From NCBI GenBank assembly GCA_964574975.1, contig CAZNSL010000002.1, forward strand, positions 1 to 29,976: a DNA stretch of 29,976 bases, given 5' to 3'. Under the pieces are notes generated by a model that saw nothing but the letters and a program-made list of their open reading frames with translations, was not told the origin of the DNA and ran no database searches. Of the stretch, positions 1 through 9,811 are shown one piece after another. The stretch's first letter is position 1. Every line of letters begins with the position of its first letter. The DNA is from an uncultured Alcaligenaceae bacterium (GTDB lineage: Bacteria; Planctomycetota; Planctomycetia; Gemmatales; Gemmataceae). Both the position numbers and the translations under genes were made by a program.

Positions 1-1518
<1,518 letters not shown>

Positions 1519-1521
1519 GTC

Positions 1522-1547
1522 GGGCGGCCAGTCGAAACCGGCCGCCC
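1522..1547. terminator. GC-rich hairpin between convergent pyrG and the cytochrome operon (possible bidirectional terminator)
   Basis: GGGCGGCC-A-GT-CGAA-AC-C-GGCCGCCC: an 8-bp stem plus 2 bp with one mismatch, in the 45-bp gap between two stop codons. There is no U-tract on either side. Confidence 0.55.
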
Positions 1548-1563
1548 GCATGGAAACGCGCAG

Positions 1564-2322
1564 TTACGGCTTGAACTCGATCTTGTGTTCGGTCGTGCCG
1601 TCGATCTTAATCTTCTGGCCCTTGGCTCCGGCGGCTCCGCCGTTGAACCCGTCTTCGTGCCAGACGACGAGCATGTACTCGCCCTTGGGAGCGTGCTTGA
1701 TCTCGAACTTCCCATCGGCATCGGTCACTGCGTAATACGGGTGGTCGAACACTCGCGCCCAACCCTTCATCCACTGGTGGATGTTGCAGGACAACGCGAT
1801 CTGCTGCTTGTCGGCCTTCAGCTTGATATCGTACTTGTTGCCTGGGGCAATGATCGTATTGCCGCCCGGGTTCTTCGCACGACTGCCGATGTAGCTGACG
1901 TTATGCGCGACTGGCGCACTGTTCTTGACGACCAGGATCTGCCCCTCCCGCACCGCGACGACTCGCGGTTCGAACGCGCACATCGGCTGGTCGATTTCGA
2001 CGGACGGCTTGTCCGGTTTGGCCAAACTTGCCGGCACCGGGGGTTTCGTGCCATCGACCTTCGTTAGCCAGACGATGACGTTCTTCAAACCCTTGTTGCC
2101 CTTGTTAATGTCGTAGATGTGAGCGAGCAAAGGACCTTTGGCGAGACAGTGTCCTTGGTCCTTGTCAACTTTCAGTGTGACGGGTGTTTTCGGCTCGCCG
2201 GCCCAAACCACCTGCCCTTTCAGCGACACGCCTTCGTCGGCCGCTCGGGCCGCCGGGCCGTCCGAAAACACTGCTGCAACGGCGAGTGTGCCGAGCATCA
2301 TTGCGATGGAGTGCTTACGCAT
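1564..2322 (-). CDS. Secreted cupredoxin-like (MauL/amicyanin-like) protein with a C-terminal carboxypeptidase-regulatory/prealbumin-like beta-sandwich
   Basis: N-terminal signal peptide (MRKHSIAMMLGTLAVAAVF...ARA), HNV followed by CNIHQWM, and C-terminal YAVTDADGKFEIKHAPKGEYMLVVWHE. It starts 4 bp after the octahaem stop. Confidence 0.75.
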   Translation of the reverse strand: MRKHSIAMMLGTLAVAAVFSDGPAARAADEGVSLKGQVVWAGEPKTPVTLKVDKDQGHCLAKGPLLAHIYDINKGNKGLKNVIVWLTKVDGTKPPVPASLAKPDKPSVEIDQPMCAFEPRVVAVREGQILVVKNSAPVAHNVSYIGSRAKNPGGNTIIAPGNKYDIKLKADKQQIALSCNIHQWMKGWARVFDHPYYAVTDADGKFEIKHAPKGEYMLVVWHEDGFNGGAAGAKGQKIKIDGTTEHKIEFKP

Positions 2323-2326
2323 CGGG

Positions 2327-5300
2327 TCACTTTCCTCCGGTAGCCCCCGCAGCCGCGGTGCGGGCCTTCAAGATCGGCCAGTCCGCTACGTCGGGGTAGA
2401 ACATCAAGAAATCGCGGCAGGCTTGAATCTGCTCCTTCGAGAAACCCTTCACCGAGGCGTGGAACTGTGGGTAGGGATTCTTCTCCGCATTCGCGGGGAA
2501 GTTGATCGGCATGACGGTCTTGAACGTCAAAAACCGCTGCGGGTTGGCGATCCAGCGTTCGGTCCAATCGGGCCGTAGTCGCTCGGCGGCGAGGCCCAAT
2601 TTCGGCCCCTGTTCCTGCTCCACAGGCATTGTACCTACCTGGTGGCACTTGACGCAGAGATTCGCGTCGGAAACCAACCGATAAGCGTCGAGGACGTACG
2701 CTTCCTTCTCTTCCCACTGCTTCTTGGCGGCAGCCACGAAGTTCGACTCGCCACCCTCCTTGATCTTGGCGAGGGCGACTTCTGCCGCCTTGAGCGAGTC
2801 CGCGATTGCAGCGTCCTCTTTCATGTCCTTCTTGGCCTGTTCGACGCGTGCCTGGGCCGCTTTCACGCGGGCCTCGGCCTGGGCGAGTTCCTCGCGGAAT
2901 TGCGACTGCCAGAACGGTTCCAACTCCTTGACCCTCGCGTCGAATACCTTATCGGCCTTGAGGCGTGCGACGTACTCGCGCGTCCGAGCTAACCGGTATC
3001 CTTCGTCGCGCTGGGCGACCTTCGGGTACGGTGCGGTCAGGCCGATACCAGGGTTCTCTCGTTTGTCCACCGCAGCGAAGTAGTCGACCAACGATTGAGT
3101 GTCCTCGTCGCTCAGGTTAAACTTGGGCATCCGAAGGACCGTGAGAGGTCGGATCGCGTGAGGTTGCTGGAGGAAACGGAAGAGCCACCCCGGCTGCGTT
3201 TTCTCGCCCTCGCGGACCAGGCTCGGCGGTGAAGCCGACTGGGCATAGCCACCGTTCGGATCGTAATAGGTCTTGTCGCGTTCCTGTAGGTACTTGGTCA
3301 ATAGGTTTGCGAAAACACCTCCTTGGGCCGGGCTATGGGCCGTCATCGCGGCCTCTGGTAGTTGGACGAAGGTGTACGCAGGCAAATCCCGTACCTCACC
3401 CTTCGCATTCGCGAAGCGCAGAGCGTGCGTCAGATTGCCGGAGATGAAGTTCTGACCTTCGAAACCCTCGGCGTCCTTGACGATTTCGATGGCGCTGAGT
3501 TTCGCCGTCACTGTACCTTTGCCGTCGATCTTTCCGCCCCACACGTTGTGTTCGGAGTAGCGGTGGTCGAGACCGTACTGGTCGGCACTCTCCTTGTAGT
3601 CGGTATACTTCTTCTCGAGCCACTCGGGTGCCTTGAAGAAAGTGACCTCGTCCGGCTTGCCGTCTTCCTTCTTGACGAACTTGAGGTCGGTCGTCGAGAA
3701 CTGGAATGTCTCCGATTGCAAGGTATGACATCCGGCACAGTTAAACTTTTCGAGAACCTTGCGTCCCTTGATCTCAGCGAGTTTGTCGCCCGACGGCCGG
3801 TTTACGAACTTGGCCGGCACCGGTTCGGCGACCAGTCCGAGGACGAACGTCATCACGGCCTCGCGGGCCTCGGCCTCCGCATTGCTGGCCCGTAGCGAAA
3901 ACGCCTCGTCCGACTCGCCCTCATTTCGTTGGATGCGGGCAAACTTGAACTGCGGCATCCTCGTTCGCTCAGTCCAATCCTTGATCCGGTTGTAGTCGAA
4001 GCTCCGTGGCTCCTGCAACTTCAGGTGCAGGAAGCCTTCGCGAGTCGCGTGGCCGTGGTGGACCTTTTCGTAGAAGAATCGCTCGTATGGCTGTTTGTCG
4101 CCCTTCATCGACCACGAAGTCATTTGTCGTTCGGCAGGCCTGCCTTCGTTGGACTTCTTTTCGGCGTCGGTCAAATTGCGCCGCACATCGACGATATTGA
4201 AGTGTTCCTCGATGAAGTGTTCGGCATCCTCGAACGCGAGACGATCGGGGTCTTTCTTGCCCCAATCGTTCAGGGCAACGCCGATCGGCTTCGGGTTCTC
4301 GAAACCTGGGACGTTATGGCAGGCGTAACATCCGAGGTTAGCAATCGCCTTCTTACCGACGAACATCTTGAGCTTATCGTCGTCGAGTCGGCCAGCGAGC
4401 AGGTGTTCGTCGGCGTCGATGGCCTTGGCCGCCAATTCCGCCTCCGAGAAGCCTTCTTCGCCTTCGATAATTCGTTCGAGTTCGCGGGCCGTCAGGTTCT
4501 TGAGGTAGACGCGGGCAAGGGCCTTCAGCGCGGTTCGGTCGGGCGTTTCGACCGTTGGCCCTTTCCAGTCGGACTTTTGCGAGATGAGCCACAGTGCGAT
4601 CTTATCCGCATCGTCTTCGCTCAATTGTACCGACGGCATGAGCGTCCGCGGGCTGTGGTTGTTGGGGTTGAGGAGCCACGACACCAGCCAAGCGCGGGCC
4701 GTCTCCGGCTTGCCGGCTTCGGTGCCGAGTTTGGCGGCCAGTCGGCTCAGATTCGGACCGTGGTTCGACTCGCTCACCATGGCCGGAATCGGCTTGTCGG
4801 CAAAGGTGCCTGCCTTGGCTGCTGCGTCGTGCTTGTGACAGGCCATGCACCCGCGCGTGTTGAACAGAAAATGGCCCTCGTCGACGACTGTGCCTTCCGC
4901 CTTACGGTCCGGAAGCTTCAGAGCATCCGCAGCCGGCAGAGCCTGAGCCCGCGCGGCGATTCGAGATTTGACTGCCACTAGTTCGCGTACGGCGTCCTTG
5001 CGATCCTTCTCCAATGTCTCGTTGCTAGCGATCCTGGCCGACAACTCGGTGACTTTGGCGTCATCCGCCTCCCGGGTCGCAGCGTCATCGTTCGCGTGCT
5101 TTTTGGCCTCGCCAAGTAACTCGCGGCTCTTGGTGAAGAGATAGTGGGCGATGGCCGTGATCTCGGTATCGGGGAAGCGCTTCTGCGCGTCGGGCAATGC
5201 TTCCGGAGAATTCGTCACCTGGAGGTAGTAGTGCGGCATCCTGGTATCCGGGCGGAACTCGCGTGGAGACTTGATCCAAGCTCTGGCCCATGCTTCGTTA

Positions 5301-6898
5301 GTTTTCTCCGCGATGCGCAGGAGACTCGGTCCGACTTTGCGTTGCGTGCCCGGCGGGTTGGCCGGATCGGCTAGTCGCTTCAACCGTTCTTCGGGGGTGA
5401 GTGCCTCGAGCGGCGGTTCTGGTTCGAGGCGAAGATCGGGGCCGATTTCACGTCCGGATTTCAGGCCGCTGATCTCATGGCAGCCGAAGCAGCCGAGTTC
5501 GCGCACGAGGTTGTAGCCTTTGACGAGTACCGGTGCTTCCACCTGGCTACCGCGGGTGAGGTCCTCGACCTGGTGGTGGCACTTCAGGCAGGTCGATTCG
5601 GCGAATCGCCTGGGCTGCATCCGGTAGTCCCAGAAGTGAATCGACTGCCAGTTGTGAAGTTTCTTCCACTCCCGTTCGGTCAGGACATCGTTGGGCGTGT
5701 GAGATGCATCGACGAAGGTCGTGGCGCTACCCTGGCCATCGTGGCACGAAGTACAGCCAAACTTCTCGGCCGAGTGGGGGCTGTTCGAATCGACGAAGAG
5801 GTCCAAACGGGGATGAGCGGTGAACTGCGCTATGCGCGAGTCAGTCAGCTTCACGGCTTCTGGGGCATATTGGCCATACGAGCCGTAACTGCCGTTTTCG
5901 ATCTGCCGTGTCAGGTCGGCGATCTCTTTTTCGTTGAGTCGTTCCTGTCCGCGATTGGCGCGGTCGCGATCGGTCAGCGCGATGATCGCGTCGGTCAACT
6001 TGCCTTTGAGGTACGGGTCGCTGAGCGGATCGTCGTTGAGGCGACGGACTGCGTCGGCCGTGTACGAGGACTTCTCCATTCCCAGATGGCAGGTGGTGCA
6101 ACGGTCGTAGCGGGTAACGTACTTGAAGCTGTAGTCGATCGGCAGTTCTTCGAGCGTGTACTGCTGAATGCGCGTCGGCGAGGCGAAACCGTCGATAATC
6201 GGCAGTGACCGGAACCAGTCGCCGAACCCCCACTCTTTTTGATTGGCCAGTTTGGCAAAGCGGTCGAAGTCTTCGGTCAGTAGCTTGAGGTGCGCCTCGG
6301 CGGCGTTAAGTTTCGCCTCAGCATCGGCCGGGCTGATCGACACGGCGTCGTATTTATCGGGCTTGACATCGTACGGTTTCAGGCGGGCCTCGTCGATTTC
6401 GAAAGCGAGCGATTCGATCTGCTTTTTCTTCTCGTCGAGTTCCTTGCGAATTACGTCTAACTCGGACAGATATCGCTTTGCAGTTGGTGTCTCGGGGCTG
6501 CGGTGTTCGACTTCGATGTTGTAGAAGCTCATCAACGAATCGTAGTCGGCCTTACGATTGGCCAACTGCGTTTCCTCTTTCGCCTTCTGCGTGACCCGTG
6601 CCCGTACGGACTCGTTGGCCGCGCCTTTCGCAGCGGCGAGGGTCGCCTTGGCCTTCGCAACCTCGGCCTCGGCTTCGAACACTTTGGCGCGGGCATCGGC
6701 ACTGGGGGCTGCCGCGAGCATGGTGCGTTTCGATAGCTCTTCCTCGACGGTTCGAAATACCTTCTGTTCTTTCTTGAAGGGCCGGTTGTAGTCCTCCCAG
6801 AACATCCAAAACGTGGTAACGAGCATGAAGACGCTCGACGCGGCAAAGACCACGTGGAGTACCTTCGTCTGGCGGTATGTCTGGTCGCTCGCGGCCAT
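2327..6898 (-). CDS. Giant membrane-anchored octahaem cytochrome c (1523 aa)
   Basis: Eight CxxCH motifs: CTTCH 6086-6100, CTSCH 5741-5755, CLKCH 5576-5590, CFGCH 5477-5491, CMACH 4835-4849, CYACH 4316-4330, CAGCH 3725-3739, CVKCH 2642-2656. One N-terminal hydrophobic helix (VLHVVFAASSVFMLVTTFWMFW). Confidence 0.93.
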   Translation of the reverse strand: MAASDQTYRQTKVLHVVFAASSVFMLVTTFWMFWEDYNRPFKKEQKVFRTVEEELSKRTMLAAAPSADARAKVFEAEAEVAKAKATLAAAKGAANESVRARVTQKAKEETQLANRKADYDSLMSFYNIEVEHRSPETPTAKRYLSELDVIRKELDEKKKQIESLAFEIDEARLKPYDVKPDKYDAVSISPADAEAKLNAAEAHLKLLTEDFDRFAKLANQKEWGFGDWFRSLPIIDGFASPTRIQQYTLEELPIDYSFKYVTRYDRCTTCHLGMEKSSYTADAVRRLNDDPLSDPYLKGKLTDAIIALTDRDRANRGQERLNEKEIADLTRQIENGSYGSYGQYAPEAVKLTDSRIAQFTAHPRLDLFVDSNSPHSAEKFGCTSCHDGQGSATTFVDASHTPNDVLTEREWKKLHNWQSIHFWDYRMQPRRFAESTCLKCHHQVEDLTRGSQVEAPVLVKGYNLVRELGCFGCHEISGLKSGREIGPDLRLEPEPPLEALTPEERLKRLADPANPPGTQRKVGPSLLRIAEKTNEAWARAWIKSPREFRPDTRMPHYYLQVTNSPEALPDAQKRFPDTEITAIAHYLFTKSRELLGEAKKHANDDAATREADDAKVTELSARIASNETLEKDRKDAVRELVAVKSRIAARAQALPAADALKLPDRKAEGTVVDEGHFLFNTRGCMACHKHDAAAKAGTFADKPIPAMVSESNHGPNLSRLAAKLGTEAGKPETARAWLVSWLLNPNNHSPRTLMPSVQLSEDDADKIALWLISQKSDWKGPTVETPDRTALKALARVYLKNLTARELERIIEGEEGFSEAELAAKAIDADEHLLAGRLDDDKLKMFVGKKAIANLGCYACHNVPGFENPKPIGVALNDWGKKDPDRLAFEDAEHFIEEHFNIVDVRRNLTDAEKKSNEGRPAERQMTSWSMKGDKQPYERFFYEKVHHGHATREGFLHLKLQEPRSFDYNRIKDWTERTRMPQFKFARIQRNEGESDEAFSLRASNAEAEAREAVMTFVLGLVAEPVPAKFVNRPSGDKLAEIKGRKVLEKFNCAGCHTLQSETFQFSTTDLKFVKKEDGKPDEVTFFKAPEWLEKKYTDYKESADQYGLDHRYSEHNVWGGKIDGKGTVTAKLSAIEIVKDAEGFEGQNFISGNLTHALRFANAKGEVRDLPAYTFVQLPEAAMTAHSPAQGGVFANLLTKYLQERDKTYYDPNGGYAQSASPPSLVREGEKTQPGWLFRFLQQPHAIRPLTVLRMPKFNLSDEDTQSLVDYFAAVDKRENPGIGLTAPYPKVAQRDEGYRLARTREYVARLKADKVFDARVKELEPFWQSQFREELAQAEARVKAAQARVEQAKKDMKEDAAIADSLKAAEVALAKIKEGGESNFVAAAKKQWEEKEAYVLDAYRLVSDANLCVKCHQVGTMPVEQEQGPKLGLAAERLRPDWTERWIANPQRFLTFKTVMPINFPANAEKNPYPQFHASVKGFSKEQIQACRDFLMFYPDVADWPILKARTAAAGATGGK

Positions 6899-6955
6899 GA
6901 GAGCAAATCTCCACTCACCTCGCCGAGTCAGTTCAGGCGGGTCTGGGACGGTCCG

Positions 6956-8233
6956 TCAAAGGTTCGTGAAGTACTCGGGGATGTAGATGATGTACTTCAG
7001 GTTGATGGTCCAGCGCAGGACCATTTTGATAGGCAGGAGTGCCATGAACAACAGGTGGATGATCATGACGTAGTAGCGCAGGAATCCCATCTTCGCAGCC
7101 ATCGCGCGCATCACCGTGACCGCCAGGAGCGGTGGGACGACCGTGAAGTACGCGATGGTGAGCAAGATTCCTGGTAACTCGCGGATGAACCAGTGGAAAC
7201 TACGCGGTTGTCGGCCGAATAAGTTCAACCAGAACAGTTCCGACAGGTTGACGTTGTTGAGGGGTACGACCTTGTGCGGGTCCCAGTTCTCGAAAAATCC
7301 GAAGAAGTTCCAGTTCGGCCCGCGGAGGAACGTGCCGAGGACGATCAACACGACCCAGAGCACGAGGAAGCCGAACTCCCAAACCAGGATCGAGAACGGA
7401 CGCTCTCGGAAGGTGTAGTAACCGTTGCCTTTCTGGTTGTAGTCGATGTACGGCATCGCAATCAGGCCGGTGATGATCATCGTCGGTAGCACGACGCCGG
7501 CCATCCACGGATCGAAGTAGACGAGCATCTCCTGCAGGCCGAGGAAGTACCACGGGGCCTTCGATGGGTTGGGGGCTTTGGCGCTCGTCGCCGGTTGCTC
7601 CAATGGGGCTTTGAGTACGACCGACCAGACGATCAATACGGCTGTCGCAATCACCATGGCGATAAGTTCGGTATAGACGAGGTCCGGCCAGACGAGCACC
7701 TTCTCGTCGTCCTTCTCGAGCGGTGGCTTGCCCTGGGCAATCAGGTCGTCGTTGAGGACCATGCGACGGACGCCGAACCATGTGAAAAATCCGACGACGG
7801 CAAGCAGCATCACGATTGGGACGTTGTCCTCTTTCGCGATGATCGATCGGAAGTCGGAATTGGTCAACGACCAGCCGAATGCAAGGAGCGTCAAGTTCGT
7901 GAACGCAAACGCAACCGTCGGTGCCGTCAGCGTCTTGCGAAACGCAAACAGTAGTGCGAACGCGATGCAGGAACCAACGAAGTAAGTAACCGCGTTGGTC
8001 ACAGCATCGATGGCGTGCGTCACGCGCTCCGGGATGATCAGGTGTGAGCCTATGGGCAGGAAGTAGAGGACGGCGTGGGCAACGAATGCTCCACCAACGG
8101 CCGTCCACAAGAGCGCGAGCGGACGGTCGCGGTGCTTGACGTAGTACCACGCAACGCCGAAATTCAGTAGGGCGCAGAGGATGTAGAAGACGCCCAGCCC
8201 GTTTTGCACGCCTCGGGTCAGTTCCGTGTGCAT
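6956..8233 (-). CDS. Cytochrome b C-terminal / b6f subunit IV-like protein with extra membrane helices (425 aa)
   Basis: VWPDLVY...APLEQPAT...PNPSKAPWYFLGLQEML is the subunit IV core with a Qo-motif equivalent. About 10 hydrophobic segments. Start moved to the ATG at 8233 (MHTEL), which removes an overlap with the upstream cytochrome b. Confidence 0.88.
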   Translation of the reverse strand: MHTELTRGVQNGLGVFYILCALLNFGVAWYYVKHRDRPLALLWTAVGGAFVAHAVLYFLPIGSHLIIPERVTHAIDAVTNAVTYFVGSCIAFALLFAFRKTLTAPTVAFAFTNLTLLAFGWSLTNSDFRSIIAKEDNVPIVMLLAVVGFFTWFGVRRMVLNDDLIAQGKPPLEKDDEKVLVWPDLVYTELIAMVIATAVLIVWSVVLKAPLEQPATSAKAPNPSKAPWYFLGLQEMLVYFDPWMAGVVLPTMIITGLIAMPYIDYNQKGNGYYTFRERPFSILVWEFGFLVLWVVLIVLGTFLRGPNWNFFGFFENWDPHKVVPLNNVNLSELFWLNLFGRQPRSFHWFIRELPGILLTIAYFTVVPPLLAVTVMRAMAAKMGFLRYYVMIIHLLFMALLPIKMVLRWTINLKYIIYIPEYFTNL

Positions 8234-8279
8234 GGATTTCGGCCCTTCCGATCGGCCCGCCCGTGGCGGGAGAGTTTGC

Positions 8280-9053
8280 CTAGAGTGCGCCGCTGATCCC
8301 ACCGTCCTTGCGGACGCGCCAGAAGTGGACTGCGATTAATACGGCCACCACCAGCGGGAGTGCGACGCAGTGCAGTACGTAGAACCGTAGGAGAGTATCG
8401 CCCGAGACGAACCGCCCGCCGAGTAACAGGAACCGCGCGTCGGACCCAGAGTGTATTAGCGGCACGCCGTTGACTTGTAACAGGGCCGCCCCCGGTCCTT
8501 CGTGCCCGAGTCCAGGAGTCGCGCGGGCCATGTTACTACCAACGGTAATGGCCCAGATCGCGAGTTGGTCCCACGGCAACAGGTAGCCGGTGAAGCTCAA
8601 CAGCAACGTGAGTACGAGTAAGAGGACACCGACGGACCAGTTAAATTCGCGCGGCGGTTTATATGAGCCCGTCAAGAACACGCGGTACATGTGCAGCCAG
8701 ATGGCGATGACCATGGCGTGCGCCCCCCAGCGATGTTGCTCGCGGAGGATGCCGAGCGTGGTCACGTCGCGCAATGCGAGGATGTCGTTATAGGCGTGTT
8801 CGAGTGTCGGCCGGTAGTAGAACATTAAGAGGACGCCGGTGACAGTCTCCACCAGGAACAGGAAGAACGTCAGACCGCCCATGCACCAGGTGTACGAGAG
8901 CGCGATGCCACTGCGCCGCACCGAGACCGGATGCAGGTGCAGAAACACATTGGTGAGCATGACCACCACACGGTTGCGCCGATCGCGCGGCGCGGGGTGG
9001 CGGAAGACGCTCTTCCAGACCTGCGTGTTGCGGATGTATTCACCGACGGACAT
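8280..9053 (-). CDS. petB: Cytochrome b6-type (short, N-terminal) cytochrome b
   Basis: Four haem-b His in [15 protein letters not shown] and [11 protein letters not shown]...VHF. It also has TWCMGG (haem c_i Cys position), [14 protein letters not shown] and the C-terminal GISGAL typical of cytochrome b6. Confidence 0.93.
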   Translation of the reverse strand: MSVGEYIRNTQVWKSVFRHPAPRDRRNRVVVMLTNVFLHLHPVSVRRSGIALSYTWCMGGLTFFLFLVETVTGVLLMFYYRPTLEHAYNDILALRDVTTLGILREQHRWGAHAMVIAIWLHMYRVFLTGSYKPPREFNWSVGVLLLVLTLLLSFTGYLLPWDQLAIWAITVGSNMARATPGLGHEGPGAALLQVNGVPLIHSGSDARFLLLGGRFVSGDTLLRFYVLHCVALPLVVAVLIAVHFWRVRKDGGISGAL

Positions 9054-9115
9054 TGCGGCCTCGATTTCAGCGTCCTGATTTCAGGTCTCGAATTCTGCTC
9101 GCACTTCCAACGGGC

Positions 9116-9724
9116 CTAAATCTTAACGAACGAGTCGGGGTTGTCCCACTGGTTCAACTCTTCCTGGAACTTACGGCTCTTGTCCACGACGAGTTGCCCG
9201 TCGTCGCCTACGCTGATCGCCCAACGCTCCAGTGGTCGGGGAGCCGGGCCTTCGAAGTTGATGCCCGTGATGTAGAAGCCGCTACCGTGGCACGGGCACT
9301 TGAATTTCTGGTCGGCTTCCAGCCAGTTCGGCGTGCAACCGAGATGGGTGCAGGTCGTGCTCAGGGCGAAGATTTTGCCCTGGTAGCGGACGATCCAGAA
9401 ATTCTTGTCCTTGAACGTGTCGACGACTTTGCCTTCCTCGAAGTTCTTCGGATCGCCGACCTTGACGCGGTTCGGCGGTTCCGACAGCACGTTCGGAATC
9501 ATGAACCGGAGCGTGCCAAGCGTCATCAGGCCCATGGCTGCCCAAAAGGTCGCCCAGGCAACGGTCCAGGCACTGGTCACCCAGCGGACGAGGAAGAATC
9601 GACGGTCTTCGACTTTGGCCGGCGGCTTCGCTGGGGCGGGTTTGGCCGGCATCGGCGGTTTGGCGACAACCGGGGCTGCGGGCGGTGTTGGCATCGGGGC
9701 GGGCAGGGGAGCTGCATCGGACAT
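9116..9724 (-). CDS. Rieske [2Fe-2S] protein of a Rieske/cytochrome b complex (202 aa)
   Basis: CTHLGC and CPCHGS boxes, GPAPRPL, and the twin-arginine-like DRRFFL before a TM helix. Start moved to the ATG at 9724 (MSDAAP). Confidence 0.93.
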   Translation of the reverse strand: MSDAAPLPAPMPTPPAAPVVAKPPMPAKPAPAKPPAKVEDRRFFLVRWVTSAWTVAWATFWAAMGLMTLGTLRFMIPNVLSEPPNRVKVGDPKNFEEGKVVDTFKDKNFWIVRYQGKIFALSTTCTHLGCTPNWLEADQKFKCPCHGSGFYITGINFEGPAPRPLERWAISVGDDGQLVVDKSRKFQEELNQWDNPDSFVKI

Positions 9725-9811
9725 GCGACCAAACCTCGCAGTCGGGCCACGCGGACCCGTCGGTACTCCGTCGAAACGGCCGAAAGTACGGAGAAAAGTA
9801 TCTGTCAAAAC

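Noticed and set aside
3362-6208. Long plus-strand ORFs (177, 350 and 243 aa) opposite the octahaem gene
   Set aside because: These are typical antisense shadow ORFs in GC-rich DNA, with no motifs.
8234-8282. Possible readthrough or frameshift fusing cytochrome b6 and subunit IV into a full-length cytochrome b
   Set aside because: Cytochrome b ends in the canonical GISGAL-stop of naturally split b6 proteins, and subunit IV has its own start. No slippery site is evident.
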